Origin: Azolla caroliniana
Taxonomy: Eukaryota; Plantae; Polypodiophyta
Assembly: GCA_043228905.1 (NCBI GenBank)
Contig: JBHGNT010000003.1
Coordinates: 3,472,001-3,536,000 of the forward strand
Reading direction: 5' to 3'
Length of the DNA: 64,000 nucleotides
Shown here: positions 13,563-27,073 of the stretch, in pieces
How the letters are laid out: each line of letters opens with the position of its first letter
Position numbering within the stretch: the first letter of the stretch is position 1
Notes under the pieces: model-generated
Databases searched by the model: none
What the model was told of the DNA's origin: nothing
Seen by the model: only the letters and a program-made list of their open reading frames with translations
Program-made: the position numbers and the translations under genes

Positions 13563-16500
13563 ACCTAACCCTTCCCCCACCCCAACTCAGATCCCTCCTA
13601 CCTTCCTCCGATGTTGGTGTGAACATTATTAGGAGACACACATTGGAACTGTCTCCCGAAACCTCGCCACTTTTTTGTTTTGGGCTTTCGACAATCTTAA
13701 TCTTATATTTTCAGCTACTCGGGACGTTTTCTTTTAATTGGATTTTGGGGGTTTCATCTCCTACACACTTTTCTACTTCGTATCCGGAAACTGGGGCGAT
13801 CTTTTTGTTAATGCGATTTTTGTAAAAGCCCTCATCACAACATTTTGGATGCCAATAATCTTCTCTGGTTCATTGTGTTGGTTGAATCGGTGGAATTCAT
13901 TCATCAGACTTTTGGTCCGGTCACAAGATTTTGTCCCCAGCATTTTTTTTTTGCATTTGTTATTTAGGGTTCAGTCAAAACCTAGAACTCCCCTTGCTTT
14001 CATTTTGTTCAAACATTTGGTGAATACCACATAAATTTTGTTAGGAAATTCCAACTTTGGTACACTTTTTTGTTTGAGCATGCAGTCTTCCACTCAATGC
14101 CATCCGATATTTTCATTGTAACCCTACTATAGTGAATGTTGTTCCATATCCCCTCTCATTCAATTCTTCTCTTTGATCAACATCACCTGATTGAGACCCC
14201 TCTCATTCATAATTTTATTAACATCTTTAATCATTTGGTGTCTTCATGCCCACCCTCTTCTTTTCCTTTCAGCATTTGGCATGAACTGCTTATGGTATGA
14301 AGAACACCATACGTCTTTCAGGTACTTATTGGTGATTCACATTTGTGTATAAATACATGCATTCTTAACACTTGCCTTTTTGTATATATGCTTCTTTAGG
14401 GTAAAAAGCATTCGATTTCTTCAAAGTTTTGTATCTTTTTGCTACATGCAATCAAATTTAAATGTCCTTTATGCCGCAATTGCCATTTGATTCCAACAAC
14501 ATTGTGTATTTCTTCCACATCCCTTGTGTTGGAAATGTATCATATATTGGCGATTGCATTCAATTTTACTTTATAAGCATATATTATTTGACCATAGTGT
14601 CAATTTAGTTGGAAATGAGTATGCTGAAACCCTCACAACATGATAAAAGTATGTTAAATCATGTTGATATTATGATATAGATACATTCATTCATCTTGCA
14701 ATTGGGTTTCTTTGTTGGAAAAATAATGATATTTCTCCTTACTCTCACAAAGGCCTACTTTTATTCATCTTGATTCCTCATCTTGATTAGTTTATCTTGA
14801 TCTACTTTTCGCTATTGCTCGACATTGATCACCTTGATGTCATTAAAATTGTAGCCATTAAATTTCACTTTACTTTTCAAATGTTTCTTCCTCCCTCCCT
14901 ATCTATTTGTCACACATACAAATGCATATAAAAAAATGCTTTCTCAATTTTAATTTAAGCTAACATGCATTGAGTGACATCCACTAAATTGTTGAACACA
15001 CTTTTCCTTAATGCGTCTTGTGTCATTAGTAGCCTCTCTTTTTGAAAGCTTATGCGACAACTAGATTCATTATCCCCAATAAGTGTTCCTTTTCGACATC
15101 GTCAAAACCTTGCCTTTGATCCTCTAGAAGTTTGGATACCCAAGAAATGTCCTAGTAAGGTCATGATCATTTCATTTTTGGTGTATTTATCGATATCTCT
15201 CTAGAAGTTTGGATACCCAGGAAATGTCCTAACATGATCATCATTAGTGGTTTTTCATGCCATGCATGATAAGCTGATAGTTTATTGTGATGTGTGAACA
15301 AAATTTTCTGAAGTTGATATTATCATCGTAAGAAGTGTTTATTCTATTGAATGAGATAAATACGATGTTCTTTCATCCATCAAAGTTCGTAATGGTCTTC
15401 AATGTCACATTGGATTCATTTTGTAAGTCCTTTAGAACCATAAAAAATACCTTCCTATGATTAGTTTTTGGTTACATCAACATGGTTTTAATGATCAACA
15501 CCACATCTTTTCAAATGATTCTTGTTATATTTTCCCTCCTCACATCACATAATTAAGATGCACGATTCTTCACACTTTTAGATTAATTAAGAAAACAAAT
15601 GTAGCATTATGACAAAATGCAAAAAGAAAAGAAAGGCATTCTAATAAATTTCTCTATATTTTGAAAATATTATGAGATTCAATAATCTTAAGACAATATA
15701 TAAATGACACTCACAACATGCCACTTGGATAAATAATAAAGTGCACCAATTGTTCGTCTTATATTCGTAAATAATCTTTACTGGTCCTCTAGAATGCCTA
15801 ATTGCTTTATGGGCTATAACAAATCAATCATGTTTGCGACAATTGTAGGTTCAAATGAAACCTTGAATAATTAGCGCAATGAATAAATAAAACAGAATGC
15901 TTACATATTCTTGATTGCGCTGTAAGGAATGTCTTTGAACATAATAGTCTCTAGGTAAGGTGTCATCAATACACTTGTATCTAGATATTATCGACAATAT
16001 ACCCATGGCTTTTTCCATAACATCAAAACTACCCCTGTCTAATAGTAGACAGACTAAAGGATATCTTTTGTTAAACCTAAACCTTACAAAGTGGAAAAGC
16101 CAAAGACGAATCATGTCAAGCTATGCAATTGGGCTTTTTTAAACAACTGAAAGCCACATGCCTAGACAATAGTGCAACCAAATTAGACCTATTGTTTATG
16201 GATGTTGTGTGAGATTGGAAGTTTTCATTATAAATGATTTCCCAATAAACCCACGTGTTCAATGCATTGTTGATTGGGGAATATGCCTCTCTAGGGAGAA
16301 TAGATCATAAGAAGTGATTAAACAATAATTTGATTAATCACAACCTTTTTGCATAAATGAATTTGAACCTTTTAATTTTTCTTTACACGAGACCAATTTT
16401 AGGGTTGAGAGGTGCAAGTAAATCTCTTCTTACAATAAACAAGATTTAGAAATCATGATGGTGATTGAAGTACTTTACCTCTTATTAGAAAATGCACTGC

Positions 16501-17379
16501 ATAGAACAATTATTGCAATTAGAAAGGAGAAATTGATCCTACTTAATCATAGGCCAAATCTTGAACAAGTATATATGATCAAGTCAAAGGAGATATCTAC
16601 ATAAATGCCACAAACTTCTACTTATGTTTTCTTAGCTAGAAGTTACAACAAAGGTAATTTGTTTGTCTTTTGAGTTACCATGGGGTTGTTGAACTAGACT
16701 AGGGAAAATCTCCCCCATAGAACCCATCGGTGCCGTCATGGTGGTCATTGGAGGTACTAGTGCTTTTAAGCTTTTAGGTGCATGAGTTACTTCAAAGAAA
16801 GAAATTGCGTCAACTTATTTTAAGGGTTACTTCACAAAAGTATATGCCATGCATAAGCATGGGGGACAAATATGAAATAGACAAATTAAATTTTTGTGTC
16901 ATGTTTACATAATTATTTATTACGGTCAAACATACATGGGTGAGCTTTTCTCTCGTGCATTTTGTACTTTAGAGTCAACCACATTTTATAGAATGTGACA
17001 TTCACATTGCTCAACCACATATTATAGAATGCGTCTCCTCGTGTATCCACATGACTCTACCTCATTGAAGACTTCCATGCTTCTAAAAAATGTAGCATAA
17101 CGAAAATATGTGTTTTTTGTTGAGGAAAATTGAATGAAAATTTGGGGTCCAATCCATTCTCGTCATGTTGTACACCAAAGAGCTTATTATTCCAAATATT
17201 TCACAAGAAGACATAATTGGTCGGAGTGCTCTTTAAAACATATTGCATTTTCTTCTTTTTTTTCTTTTTTTTTTTCCATAAAAATATCCTCCATTGGTAT
17301 TAAATAAAGTGGCCAAAGGCAATATTCAACAAAACAGTCTAGTATTACAAAAATTCAACATAATTAACTAATAAACTAT

Positions 17380-17620
17380 CGAACACTCGTGCAGCCAATA
17401 GTGGGCTCTTGAGACTACATTCCAAACCAAAAGTTCATCAACGAATTCTTAAGACCTATCCCGCATTCCACATTTCACATACATAGTGATATTTAGTTTT
17501 TCCCTCCAATATGTCCTTCTTCAGAATGTCATCATAAATCTCTGTTCCTTTATTGATGGCTGTCCTGGTAATATAGGCCTTGAAGATACAACTGTATGTG
17601 ATGTCATCCAATACGCATTG
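17380..17620 (-). pseudogene. PLS-class PPR fragment
   Basis: Minus-strand reading LDDITYSCIFKAY...KGTEIYDDILKK...ITMYVKCG...ELLVWNVVS, disrupted by a stop and a frameshift. Confidence 0.65.
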
Positions 17621-17936
17621 TGCAACTGGTCGAAGAAATCAAGAGTGTCTTCATTGTAGCCATGTTGGAAGCAATCTTTGATGATCATGAATCTATCATG
17701 ATATTTTTGGCCTGTATGTTATCATCAAGATTCACTTCTTCAATATGCCCGGCATTGCCACCACTCTCAATCTTCAAATCGGTAAGCAGGTCAATATTCA
17801 TATTTGACATCTTAAACTGAATGCTTTCAACCGTAGTTTCACTACCCAAAAGAGCTCTGTTCTCTTTATCATTTGACACCTTATCCACAGAAACATTATT
17901 TACCTTTCTAGAAGCGTTCTCTTTAAATTGTTTTAC

Positions 17937-19100
17937 CATATGTGGTTGCTGTTGCTGAACTTGATACTTTGACTTTCTCTCTTGAAGAACCCCTCATGAT
18001 TGCTTCAGCCCCCACACCGTCGTCACTCATCCTTTCAACATACTATTATGCTTCAATCCACACCACCATATGTGGCTGATGTTGCTGAACTTGATACTCC
18101 TGATAAAAATGTACCAAAAAAACGAAGTAAATGTAGAGTATTTCCTCACCCCTCATGATTGCTTCAGCCCCCACACCGTCGTCACTCATGTTGTCATCAT
18201 ACTATTATGCTTCAATCCACACCACCATCTGTGGCTGATGTTGCTGAACTTGATACTCCTGATAAAAATGTACCAAAAAAACAAAGTAAATGTAGAGTAT
18301 TTCCTCACCCCTCATGATTGCTTCAGCCCCCACACCGCCGTCACTCATCCTGTCATCATACTATTATGCTTCAATCCACACCACCATCTGTGGCTGCTGT
18401 TGCTGAACTTGATACTCTTGATAAAAATGCACCAGAAAAACGAAGTAAATCTAGAGTATTTCTTCACCCCTCATGATTGCTTCAGCCCCCACACCGTCGT
18501 CACTCATCCTTTCAACATACTATTATGCTTCAATCCACACCACCATATGTGGCTGATGTTGCTGAACTTGATACTCCTGATAAAAATGTACCAAAAAAAC
18601 GAAGTAAATGTAGAGTATTTCCTCACCCCTCATGATTGCTTCAGCCCCCACACCGTCGTCACTCATGTTGTCATCATACTATTATGCTTCAATCCACACC
18701 ACCATCTGTGGCTGATGTTGCTGAACTTGATACTCCTGATAAAAATGTACCAAAAAAACAAAGTAAATGTAGAGTATTTCCTCACCCCTCATGATTGCTT
18801 CAGCCCCCACACCGTCGTCACTCATCCTATCATCATACTATTATGCTTCAATCCACACCACCATCTGTGGCTGCTGTTGCTGAACTTGATACTCTTGATA
18901 AAAATGCACCAGAAAAACGAAGTAAATCTAGAGTATTTCTTCACCCCTCATGATTGCTTCAGCCCCCACACCGTTGTCACTTATCCTGTCATCATACTAT
19001 TATGCTTCAATCCACAACACCATCTGTGGCTGCTGTTGCTGAACTTGATACTCCTGATAAAAATGCACCAAAAAAACGAAGTAAATCTAGAATATTTCCT
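17937..19100. repeat. 159-bp tandem array (~7 units) with a 477-bp three-unit higher-order repeat
   Basis: caccaccat recurs at 18061 and 18220 (period 159). The diagnostic variants recur every third unit (18070 vs 18547). Confidence 0.95.
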
Positions 19101-19869
19101 GAACATATTGCATTTTCTATGTCACACAACATTAAAATAACATTGCTTTGAGCTCGAACTTCAAAAGACTTTACTAGTGGTCGCGCACAAGAGGGTAATG
19201 TCAAGTAACTTAAAATGTGAATACAATTGACAATGGGTTGAGAGTGGACAAGTAATATACATAGATATGAAAGAAGTGCATATGATTCAACTAGTGGGTG
19301 AGGACATGAATTCTAGGGGAAACCTCCAAAATATTTCTCAAGTTTCCATTTATTTCTCCAAAACTTTGAAGGCCAACCTCTTGAAAGAGCAAATATATGC
19401 CTAAAAAACAATGTGTCATTTGAGGAATATATGGCTAGTTCATCCCTTTCAATATGTCTATTTTGAGGATTAACCAAGGGTGCATGAAGAATAACAAGAA
19501 TGCTAGGGCATTCATAGAAATAAAGAAAATTCTACATTAAATAGACACAAAAGGGTTAAGAAACGGGAAACCTAGTATAAAGAGGTACATACAAGAGATA
19601 CCCATTCAAGAACCAATTATGAACTTTGAATTATATCATTGATTTCAAAACTAAAAATGTCATTTAAAAGGATTGCTATTCAACAATTCAACATTATTGA
19701 TGTTACTCTTCTCGTTTGAAATTTCTAAAATAATAATTTACATATTCTTTGAGGCATAAGACATCGTTGATAACATCTTAATTGTGTACGGTGTGAAAAC
19801 AAGCAAGGACATGTCATGTTCTTTAACTATTAAATATGCCTACAACTTAATCGTAGGAATTTCTATAGT

Positions 19870-20370
19870 GTTATAGTTATCATTAGAGTGCCAAAGTCTA
19901 CAAGATTCTTAAATTCTCGACAAAGAGCCCGACACATATGTACATGTTTATACTTATCCTCTCAGTAAAATTGTAGATTTTGCTTTTAGAAACTCGATAG
20001 TTAAGGAGATGAATCATTTCTTTTTGTTCTTTGAGAGCATATTTTTAGTATGAGCTTGATTGAGTCTTGTTAGAATCTCTTTCAAATAGAAATTTGAGAT
20101 GTAGAAACTCGACAATGCGGAAGTGTAGAAAATGCTTAAATTCTCTAGGAAGAGCTCGACACCTATGTTATGTTCGTGCTTATCCTCTAGGTAAAATCGT
20201 AGATTTTGCTTTTAGAAACTCGACAATGCCAAAGTGTAGAAAATTCTTAAATTCTATACCAAGAGCTCGACACCTATGTTATTGTTCATACTTATCCTCT
20301 AGGTACAATTGTAGATTTCACTTTTAGAAACTCGACAGTGAAGGAGATGAACCATTTACTTTATCTCTTT
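19870..20370. repeat. Degenerate ~111-bp tandem repeat (3 or more units, interrupted)
   Basis: 'agaaactcgaca.tg...aagtgtagaaaat.cttaaattct...agagctcgacacctatg...cttatcctctaggta.aat.gtagattt' at ~19885, 20103 and 20214. Confidence 0.85.
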
Positions 20371-20894
20371 CATAGACATTAGAGATTTTTGTGAACTAAA
20401 AGTTGAGAATTGGAAATATTTTTTGCATATTGTTTATGTTTTGGTTAACTGTTCTATCAAGGCTTGCTCAAGGTCCAAAATACCTTGATTTGTCAATGCA
20501 AATTAATACCATGTTGTTCAATACCCTTCCCATTTTTGGGGCTTGAACTGTGATTCAAATTTTTACTATTTATGCCTTGTTTTCTAATATGATTTATGGT
20601 CTTAATTTGACCAAATTTTAGAGTATAGTTTTGTAATTTAGAACCATTCTTTGTTTTTCATTCAGCTCTATCATAATTTCATGCTTCCTCACTTGACTAA
20701 GAATCTACACTTCCTAACATTTCCTTTTTGGAGGCAACACTAAATTATTATGAACTCTTAAGTTCTGAAAATTGAATTTGTAAAGCCAAATCTTTAGAAG
20801 GGAAATGTTTTTTTTTTCATAAAAATATCCTCCATTGGTATTGAAATTAAAGTGGCGAGAGACAATATACAAAATAGTTCACTACTACAATGAA

Positions 20895-23040
20895 TATTGC
20901 ATATCTTGTTACCTTTTTCTATATCTCTTGAGCTACTACAAGCCTTCAAGATCCATATGAAGGTGATAATGTCTAGGGAAAGGCCCTCATTTTGCATCTA
21001 CTTAGTATACCCAACAATGAGCACATTCCAAGAAACAATATTTCGATCATGAGGCCCTTTCAACACTTTCTCTGCTTTTGCAAGCATCCCACATTTGACA
21101 TACATATCTACCAAAGTGGTACCAGTACAATATCCCCCTCTAGTAACTGCATACTCATGATTCTGTCATGAATTTGCTCTCCCTTGTGCATTGTTTCTGT
21201 GCTTCTACAATCCTTCAATGTACAAATGAAAATGACTGCATTTGGAGAAAGCCCCTCACTTTGCATATGTTCAAAACCGTATAATACTTCATAACGTTGC
21301 CCTTGTTGGCCATATCCTACTAGTAGTGCATTCCAAGAGACGAAATTTTGGGTAGGAAGCTCTTCAAGAACTTCGTGTGCCCTTAGCAGGCACACCACAT
21401 TTGGCCTACATATCAATTAAAGCAATCCCCAACATAACGTCTTTGTCGTGCAAGCCTCTACACACAACCTCCTCATGAATTTGTTTGCCCTTATCTAACA
21501 CCCTTATGTTGCTACATGCCTTCAAACTGCAAATGAATGTCATAGTATTTGGGGCAATGCCATCATTCTGAATCCGTTTAAAATAGTCCAATACTTTGTG
21601 GCCTTGATCTTGTTTAGCATACCCACCAATAAGTGCATTATAAGAGACTATATCTTGAATAGGAAGCTCTTGAAGCACTTTTTGAGATTTTACAAACTCT
21701 CCACATTTGGCATACATATTCACTAAGGTATTTCCATGCATAAAATCATTTTTCAGCAACCTTGAGCTGAGAATCATATTATGCATTTGTTTACCCTTGA
21801 ATAGAGCTCCTATGTTTCTACAAGCCTTTAAACTGCAAAAAGAATGAGATCACATCATGAGAAAGCCCCTCACTTTGCATACGTTCTTAACACTTCAGTG
21901 CTTCAAGATATTGCCCTTGTTGGTTTTACCTTGAAATTAATGCAGACCAAGAGACTATATATCGGGCGAGAAGCCTTTCGAGCACTTCGTGAGCCTTGAT
22001 GAGTACACCACATTCCACATACATGTCAATCAAAGCATTTCCAATCACCACATTCTTCTCAGTAGACCCTTGCTAATAAATTTATTGTGGATTAGTTTTC
22101 CTTTCTGTATATCTCCTATGTTGCAACTTGCCACAAACTCTCAAGATGCCAATAAGGGTTAGTATACTTGGAGAGAGGCCTTCGCTTTGCATAAGTTCCA
22201 ACCAGTTCAATGCTTCATGGCATAGCCCCGTCCAACATACCCTGCGATTAGTGAACTCCATGAAATATCATCACAAATAGGAAGCTCTTCAAAAATATTT
22301 TGTGCTTTTCCATGCTTAGCACATTTTCTAAACATATCGATCAAATAATTTCCAAGCTTGATATTCTTCCTTAATTAGCTCTTACTCACAATTTCATTTT
22401 GAAATTGATTTTTCATATCTACCATACCTTCTATGCTGCTGCAAGATTTGAAGATGCAAATCAAAGTCAGTGCATTTGGAGAGAGACCCTCTTTTTGCAT
22501 TATTGCAAAGCAATTGAACACTTCATATTGTTTTTTTGGTTAGCATATCCTACAATTACAACATTCCACGAAGCCATATCTTGGTTAGGAAGCTATAGTA
22601 GCAATTTCTGTACTTCTTACCACATTTTGCATACATCCATACTAAACTACTTCCAAGATGGGTATTCTTTGCTAGAAAACCTCTTTATAGAATATGAGCA
22701 TGGACCTTGATACCTTCAAGGTCTTTCTTCTTGCCACATGCCTTGAGATTGAATAAAATCTCAGTTATTTCTTTTTGGGTCTCACATTACATGCCATGAA
22801 AAACTAACATTATGAAACTATCCTTTTTCTTGCCAAAACTACTCTATTATGTAATGGAAGTCTTTTGAACACATTGAGTGCCTCTTGATCTTGCATAAGC
22901 TGAACCTAATTCAAGGCTTCTTTATCTTGGCCATTCTCTACATATCCTCTAATGAGTGAGGTCCAAAGCACCACATTTGAAAGCCTAAGCTTATGAAAAC
23001 CTCTTGTGCTTTTGCAAGGAAACCACATTTGGCATATATA
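20895..23040 (-). pseudogene. PLS-class pentatricopeptide repeat pseudogene (~2.1 kb of P-L-S triplets)
   Basis: Repeated NTLVNMYAKCG...ELP.QDIVSYNALIGGYA...MQ.EGLSPNAVIFIC.LKAC...KG.QIH motifs across the ORF pieces 21406-21786, 21108-21416 and 20794-20997, with many stops and frameshifts. Confidence 0.9.
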
Positions 23041-23076
23041 TAGTATGGAATACAAAAAGAAGATAAATTGTTGATC

Positions 23077-24160
23077 GAAATCAATTCCCCCAAGCAGAAG
23101 TGATGCTAACCTTATTCTCCTTCCTTAATTCACCTCCACTCCTAACAAATAGAAGAGGCTCTCACTCTATGTCACTCAAAATAAGAGATTGAATGAAGAA
23201 AAACTAAGGACACCAAGAGTGACGTGTAGCTAATGTGATCCCACCTTCAAGATAATTGAAATCAACTCCCCCAAGCAAGAACCAATGCTAACCCTATTCC
23301 CCGTCCCTAATTCTTCTCCTCTCCTAACCAACAGAAAAGGCTCTCACGCTATGGCACTTAAATATGAGATTGAATGGAGAACAAATAAGGACACTGTGAA
23401 TAACATACAACTAATATGATCAAACCTGCAATTAAGAAGGAAGGAGGAAGTATGTTACATCCCAACTCAAGATTGAAATAAGGAAAGAGAGATCTCTCAA
23501 ACTCGAAATTTGGTTTCATTAAAAATGCCACATTATTAAACCTCCCTGTCACTCCATAGAAATGCTTCCTCCTCCCATAACATCATCCTTCTCCAACAAA
23601 AAATAGAAGTATTATTCCACTTTCAACGTACACAAAGTTGTTGCATCTGGGGAAGCCATTCTTATGGGGAAAATCTTTTTGCTTTGTGTTTGTGACAAAG
23701 ATGGATGATGTTAAAGGATGTTGAAGCAGTTCTAGGGAGTGACAAGGAGGCTAGATTATGTTTCAATGACTTTTCAAAGTTGGGGAGTGGTTTTTTCAGT
23801 TTTCTGGGGAGGATGAGTGGAGACAAATTGTCAAAAGGTATTGTATTAGGATGTATACATTTGGTACCAGGCCTTATGTATTGCTATTTATAAGTTGGTT
23901 AAATGCGGAAAATAAAAGACTATCTCAAGATGTAGCTACTTTGTGTACATTGAAAGTGGAAATTACAAGAGTGGTTTGGCTTTGCTTGGGGAAGCCATCC
24001 TTATGAGAAAATCTTTTTATTATGGGGCAGAGATGGATGATGTTAAAGGATGTTGAAGCACTTCTAGGGAGTGACAAGGAGGATAGATTATGTTTCATTT
24101 ACTTTCCAAATTTGGGGAGTGGTTTTCTCTTTTTTCTGGGGAGGATGAGTGGAGACAATT
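23077..24160. repeat. Local duplications and an inversion in decayed retroelement-like DNA
   Basis: 23077-23200 resembles 23257-23380; 23649-23830 resembles 23988-24160; 23615-23648 is inverted relative to 23928-23962. Confidence 0.7.
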
Positions 24161-24319
24161 TTAGGTGTAGCTAACTATGAGCAGGTTGAAGAAGGATGGT
24201 GTTTCACAATGCAACTTCTTTGTGTGGAGACAAAGTAATGGAAGACGCTAGAAGGCCGCCATATGACCCTCATATTGTGTGTTTTACCTATGAGGAAAGA
24301 GGGACTTCCGGTTCGGGCT

Positions 24320-25142
24320 ATGACGTCTAAAAATGCACTAATTTCAGGATATTACTACCAGGTGGCACTATGGGAGTGGTTAATAGGTACTGAAACTTGC
24401 AATGGAATCATGAGTATCAGGCTGCTAAAAGACAATATTGAGCTTGTAAAGGCTTTGTTGGACATATGCTATATGTGGCTAGGTGGATCATGGTTCAACA
24501 GAGATTTTTTGTGGTTTACTTGGTGATCATACAACAAGGATTGGGTGTGGCAGAATGATGTAATTTGAAGAATGGTCTGCATGCTATGGTTCTCCGAAGT
24601 TGTGTGAGCATACAAGTGATCATTGTTTTCATGTATACGAGGTAGTTTCAAGAGAATGGAGGGAGTATAGAACCAGGAATTTGGTGGTAACCAACAAGAT
24701 GATTGATGTGGAAAGAGGAAACATTCTTTTTGTGTTTACAGACGTGCATATGAAATGTGGTTGTCTTGAAGAAGCACAGAATGCATTTGATCGCCTTCAA
24801 AACCGAGATGTAGAGGCATGGAATACATTGTTCTCTACCTTGGAAGCTTGTGGTAGCATTCGGTTTTTAGGGTAAAGGAAGATTTATTGGAATTGCATTG
24901 GTGGATATAGCATGTTGAAAAATCATTCTAATGGTTACAATCAAGGAGTTGTGAGGGCTTGTCTCTGGATGTCACAACTTTTGTTTCTGTTTATGGAATA
25001 GCTTGGAATGTATTGATTACAAATTATGCTGAACAAGAGCAGGCTGAAGAAGCATTGAAATGGTTCATATCTATGAGTTGCAAGGGCTTGTCTCTGGATG
25101 CAACTACTTTTGTTGTTGTCAATGGAATAGCTTGGAATGTGT
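24320..25142 (+). pseudogene. PLS-class PPR fragments
   Basis: DVHMKCGCLEEAQNAFDRLQNRDVEAWNTL and IAWNVLITNYAEQEQAEEALKWF.SM..KGLSLDATTFV, fragmented. Confidence 0.75.
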
Positions 25143-26648
25143 CTATAGAATAACTTTCAGATTAGTTTTTCCTCTACTTTGGAGTACATAGATTTGTTTC
25201 CTTAACCATCGTCTTATAAAGATTAGTTGGGAAAAAATATTTTGTATGTTATCGTACGAGATGTACGGGTGATTGATAAATGTGATAAGTGAGGGTGAAA
25301 GATGTAATGTGTTGATATGTATGTGTGATTTTATACGATTATGAGTGTGAATGTAGGTGTGAGTGTGGTAGATACAAAGAGGTGTGAGTGAGTGACTAGG
25401 TGTGAATGCCAAGGGGGCTTGCACCCTTGTGGATCTACCCCTTTGTACCTATTTAACCCCTTATGGGGAATAACCATTTCTCTCTCAATCTCTCTCTCTC
25501 TCTCTTGTCATCTCTTTCTCCCCTTTAACGTTGAACCCCTTGGGAGGGGGGTGGAGCCATTCTATGCACCACCCCCCACCGTGCAATGCTTCTCTACATG
25601 ATCTCTCTCATCATCATACTCTCCATCATCATCACACCCACCATGTCTATCTTTATCATCAATCATCATGATTATCATCATCCTTTACCCTAACCCTAAA
25701 AACCTACAACACCATAGTTGTTATGACTTTTCTAAAAACTAATGGAAGGATATTTTGGTTTTGGTAAAAAAAATAGAAGTATTATGTTTTTCAAGTATAC
25801 GAATGACTTCCCCAAGCAAAGCCGATCCTTAAATCCCCTCAATGTCTAGTTATCAAACTAAAGTAAAAAAAGAGGGGTTATGAAAAGGAAGTCTCTACAT
25901 CCTCTCGAAAGGAAGAGTTATTGCAAACGTCAAACAAAGTGAATGCCATAATTATGCCCTTTATGGGCTTGAGGGTAGTGTTGCAAGAAAAGAATTAAGA
26001 CATACACAAGTTGATGAAAGACAAGGTATTAGCAAAATGAGTGATAACAATACCCTAATAAAATTACGGTAACCAATCAATTGCGTAACTCAACAATATA
26101 TCAAAGATAACTGACACTAGATATAAGAGGAGGGCTTGGCTTTTATATAACAATATATGTGTACTTGTATAGAAGTATGCATCAATCTATAGTGATAGAA
26201 GAGTAAGTAGGACATTTGAAGTACCCACTTCATTCAATGCACAATATACTCTTTGCACTTCATGCAAGGTTACTTTAGTATAGATTTTCCAAGAAGTTTG
26301 TTGACAAGGATGTATGAATGAGTTGGATATCTTAACATGTCCCTTCAAATTCAATTGCATCCTATAATCCACTTTGTTCAATATAGTACATCTTCAATGT
26401 ACTGAATGAAACGATTGAACACTAACACATTCTCCAAACAATGTGTATGCACGCAAAAATATGGTTGACCTTGATAGAAATGAACAAATACTATCATGCA
26501 CAACCCCCTCAAACTTGATAATGTAAATCTCTAAAAAAGTAGGTTAGAAGTGAAAAAGGTACAAAAGGGGCACTTTTGGATTTGGCCACCCTTCTAATCA
26601 CCAAAGTATAATTGATTCATGGATGCACAAAATTAAGTACGATGAACC

Positions 26649-27073
26649 TAACAGTAGGCAACGGTTTGGTTTGGTTCGAGAGTGTCAAAACCAAACCGTT
26701 TAAAATTTGTGAAACTTGAACTGAACCAAACCGAACCTAACCACGAAACCATTTAAATCGATCTATTACAAAAAATCAAAACCATTAAAACCGCGGTTTT
26801 GTGGTTTGGTTTCGGTTTTCACGTTATATCAATTTTCAAAATTTCAAAATTTCAAAATTTTCAATTGTTCAAATTGTAATTTTTCAAAAATTTAAAGATT
26901 TTTCAGTAAATGTGAGAATTAGGCTTAAAAATGAAAAGGTTGTTTAAAAATATATTAAACTTTTTTCAACTAGCAACCCTAAACCATCAAACCATTTTAA
27001 CCACGGTTTCAAACTATTTAAACAGAACCGAACCGATCACCCCCAAACCAAACCAGACTGTTGCCGATTATTA
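26649..27073. mobile_element. hAT-like MITE related to family A
   Basis: Ends ...ggcaacgg / ctgttgccgatt..., AAACC-rich subtermini, and a near-TSD gatgaacc/gatggacc. Confidence 0.7.

Noticed and set aside
18070-19140. 356-aa ORF as a real protein-coding gene
   Set aside because: It is wholly explained by a 159-bp (multiple of 3) tandem unit and has no recognisable domain. Kept only as a repeat.
19870-20370. CRISPR-like array
   Set aside because: Eukaryotic context; the whole units repeat with no unique spacers.
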